From: a virus
Taxonomy: Duplodnaviria; Caudoviricetes
Virus record (IMG/VR): IMGVR_UViG_3300032233_001607
Coordinates: 1 to 45,205 of that record
Direction: 5' to 3' (one strand)
Length of the DNA: 45,205 nucleotides
Below, in pieces: positions 44,923 through 45,205 of this stretch; position 1 is the first letter of the stretch; every line of letters begins with the position of its first letter. The notes under the pieces are model-generated. The model had not been told where the DNA came from, ran no database searches, and was given only the letters and a program-made list of their open reading frames with translations. The position numbers were made by a program, and so were the translations under genes.

Positions 44923-45087
44923 TCAGGAGATTAGTGAAACTTCAGTGATGTTTGGGTTTGATTTTAGCAGTCGATTCATTAACTTTCGTCGGTTAGAGTT
45001 CTTCGTTAAATCTAACTCAACGTGAATAGGAATCTCTTCAGAAACTCTATCCTCGTAAGAGAATCGAACGTAAATTGTTGATGTCAT
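44923..45087 (-). CDS. Hypothetical protein (54 aa)
   Basis: Not in track. MTSTIYVRFSYEDRVSEEIPIHVELDLTKNSNRRKLMNRLLKSNPNITEVSLIS*. Confidence 0.7.
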   Translation of the reverse strand: MTSTIYVRFSYEDRVSEEIPIHVELDLTKNSNRRKLMNRLLKSNPNITEVSLIS

Positions 45088-45090
45088 TCT

Positions 45091-45204
45091 TCAGAAACGA
45101 ATGATGGGATGGTCTACATCAAGCACCTGACATTCCTCAGTCGCAAACACTAACTCAACTTTGAGTTGATAATACTCATCGGTGCCTTCATCGTAGATAG
45201 CAAC
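45091..45204 (-). CDS. 3' end of a hypothetical protein entering from the right edge
   Basis: ...VAIYDEGTDEYYQLKVELVFATEECQVLDVDHPIIRF*. Confidence 0.7.
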   Translation of the reverse strand, partial: VAIYDEGTDEYYQLKVELVFATEECQVLDVDHPIIRF

Positions 45205-45205
45205 A

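Noticed and set aside
41690-45205. tRNA genes in the non-coding gaps
   Set aside because: No cloverleaf with T-loop GTTCRA and acceptor stem was seen. tRNAscan-SE would settle this.

Overview
This is a 45-kb segment of a T4-like myovirus genome. Gene order and protein style match the cyanomyophages (Kyanoviridae-like), but the host cannot be proven because there are no photosynthesis genes in the window. Essentially all real genes are on the minus strand. Positions 1-39496 hold the late structural module, read right to left: gp25, gp6, a giant gp7, an inserted fibre with a cupredoxin-like tip, gp8, a 2806-aa DUF4815/VrlC-like virion protein, gp13, gp14, gp15, gp16, a modular internal-protein-like ORF, gp17, gp18, gp19, gp20, a gp67-like ORF and a truncated 285-codon ORF. 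Late-promoter boxes (NATAAATA) precede most of these units. Positions 39536-41679 carry a glycosyltransferase-like gene, an ATP-grasp-like gene and several tiny peptides. Positions ~41690-45205 are an accessory/early region of small ORFs. It contains near-perfect sigma70 promoters (one antisense, firing into non-coding DNA), a 29-bp motif repeated three times at gene boundaries, an orphan HicA-like gene, a promoter-to-terminator non-coding unit and an H-type pseudoknot just behind a UAG stop. The most notable structural oddity is an apparent four-level nested (matryoshka) domain insertion in the 2806-aa protein. All family names come from motif recognition, not database searches.
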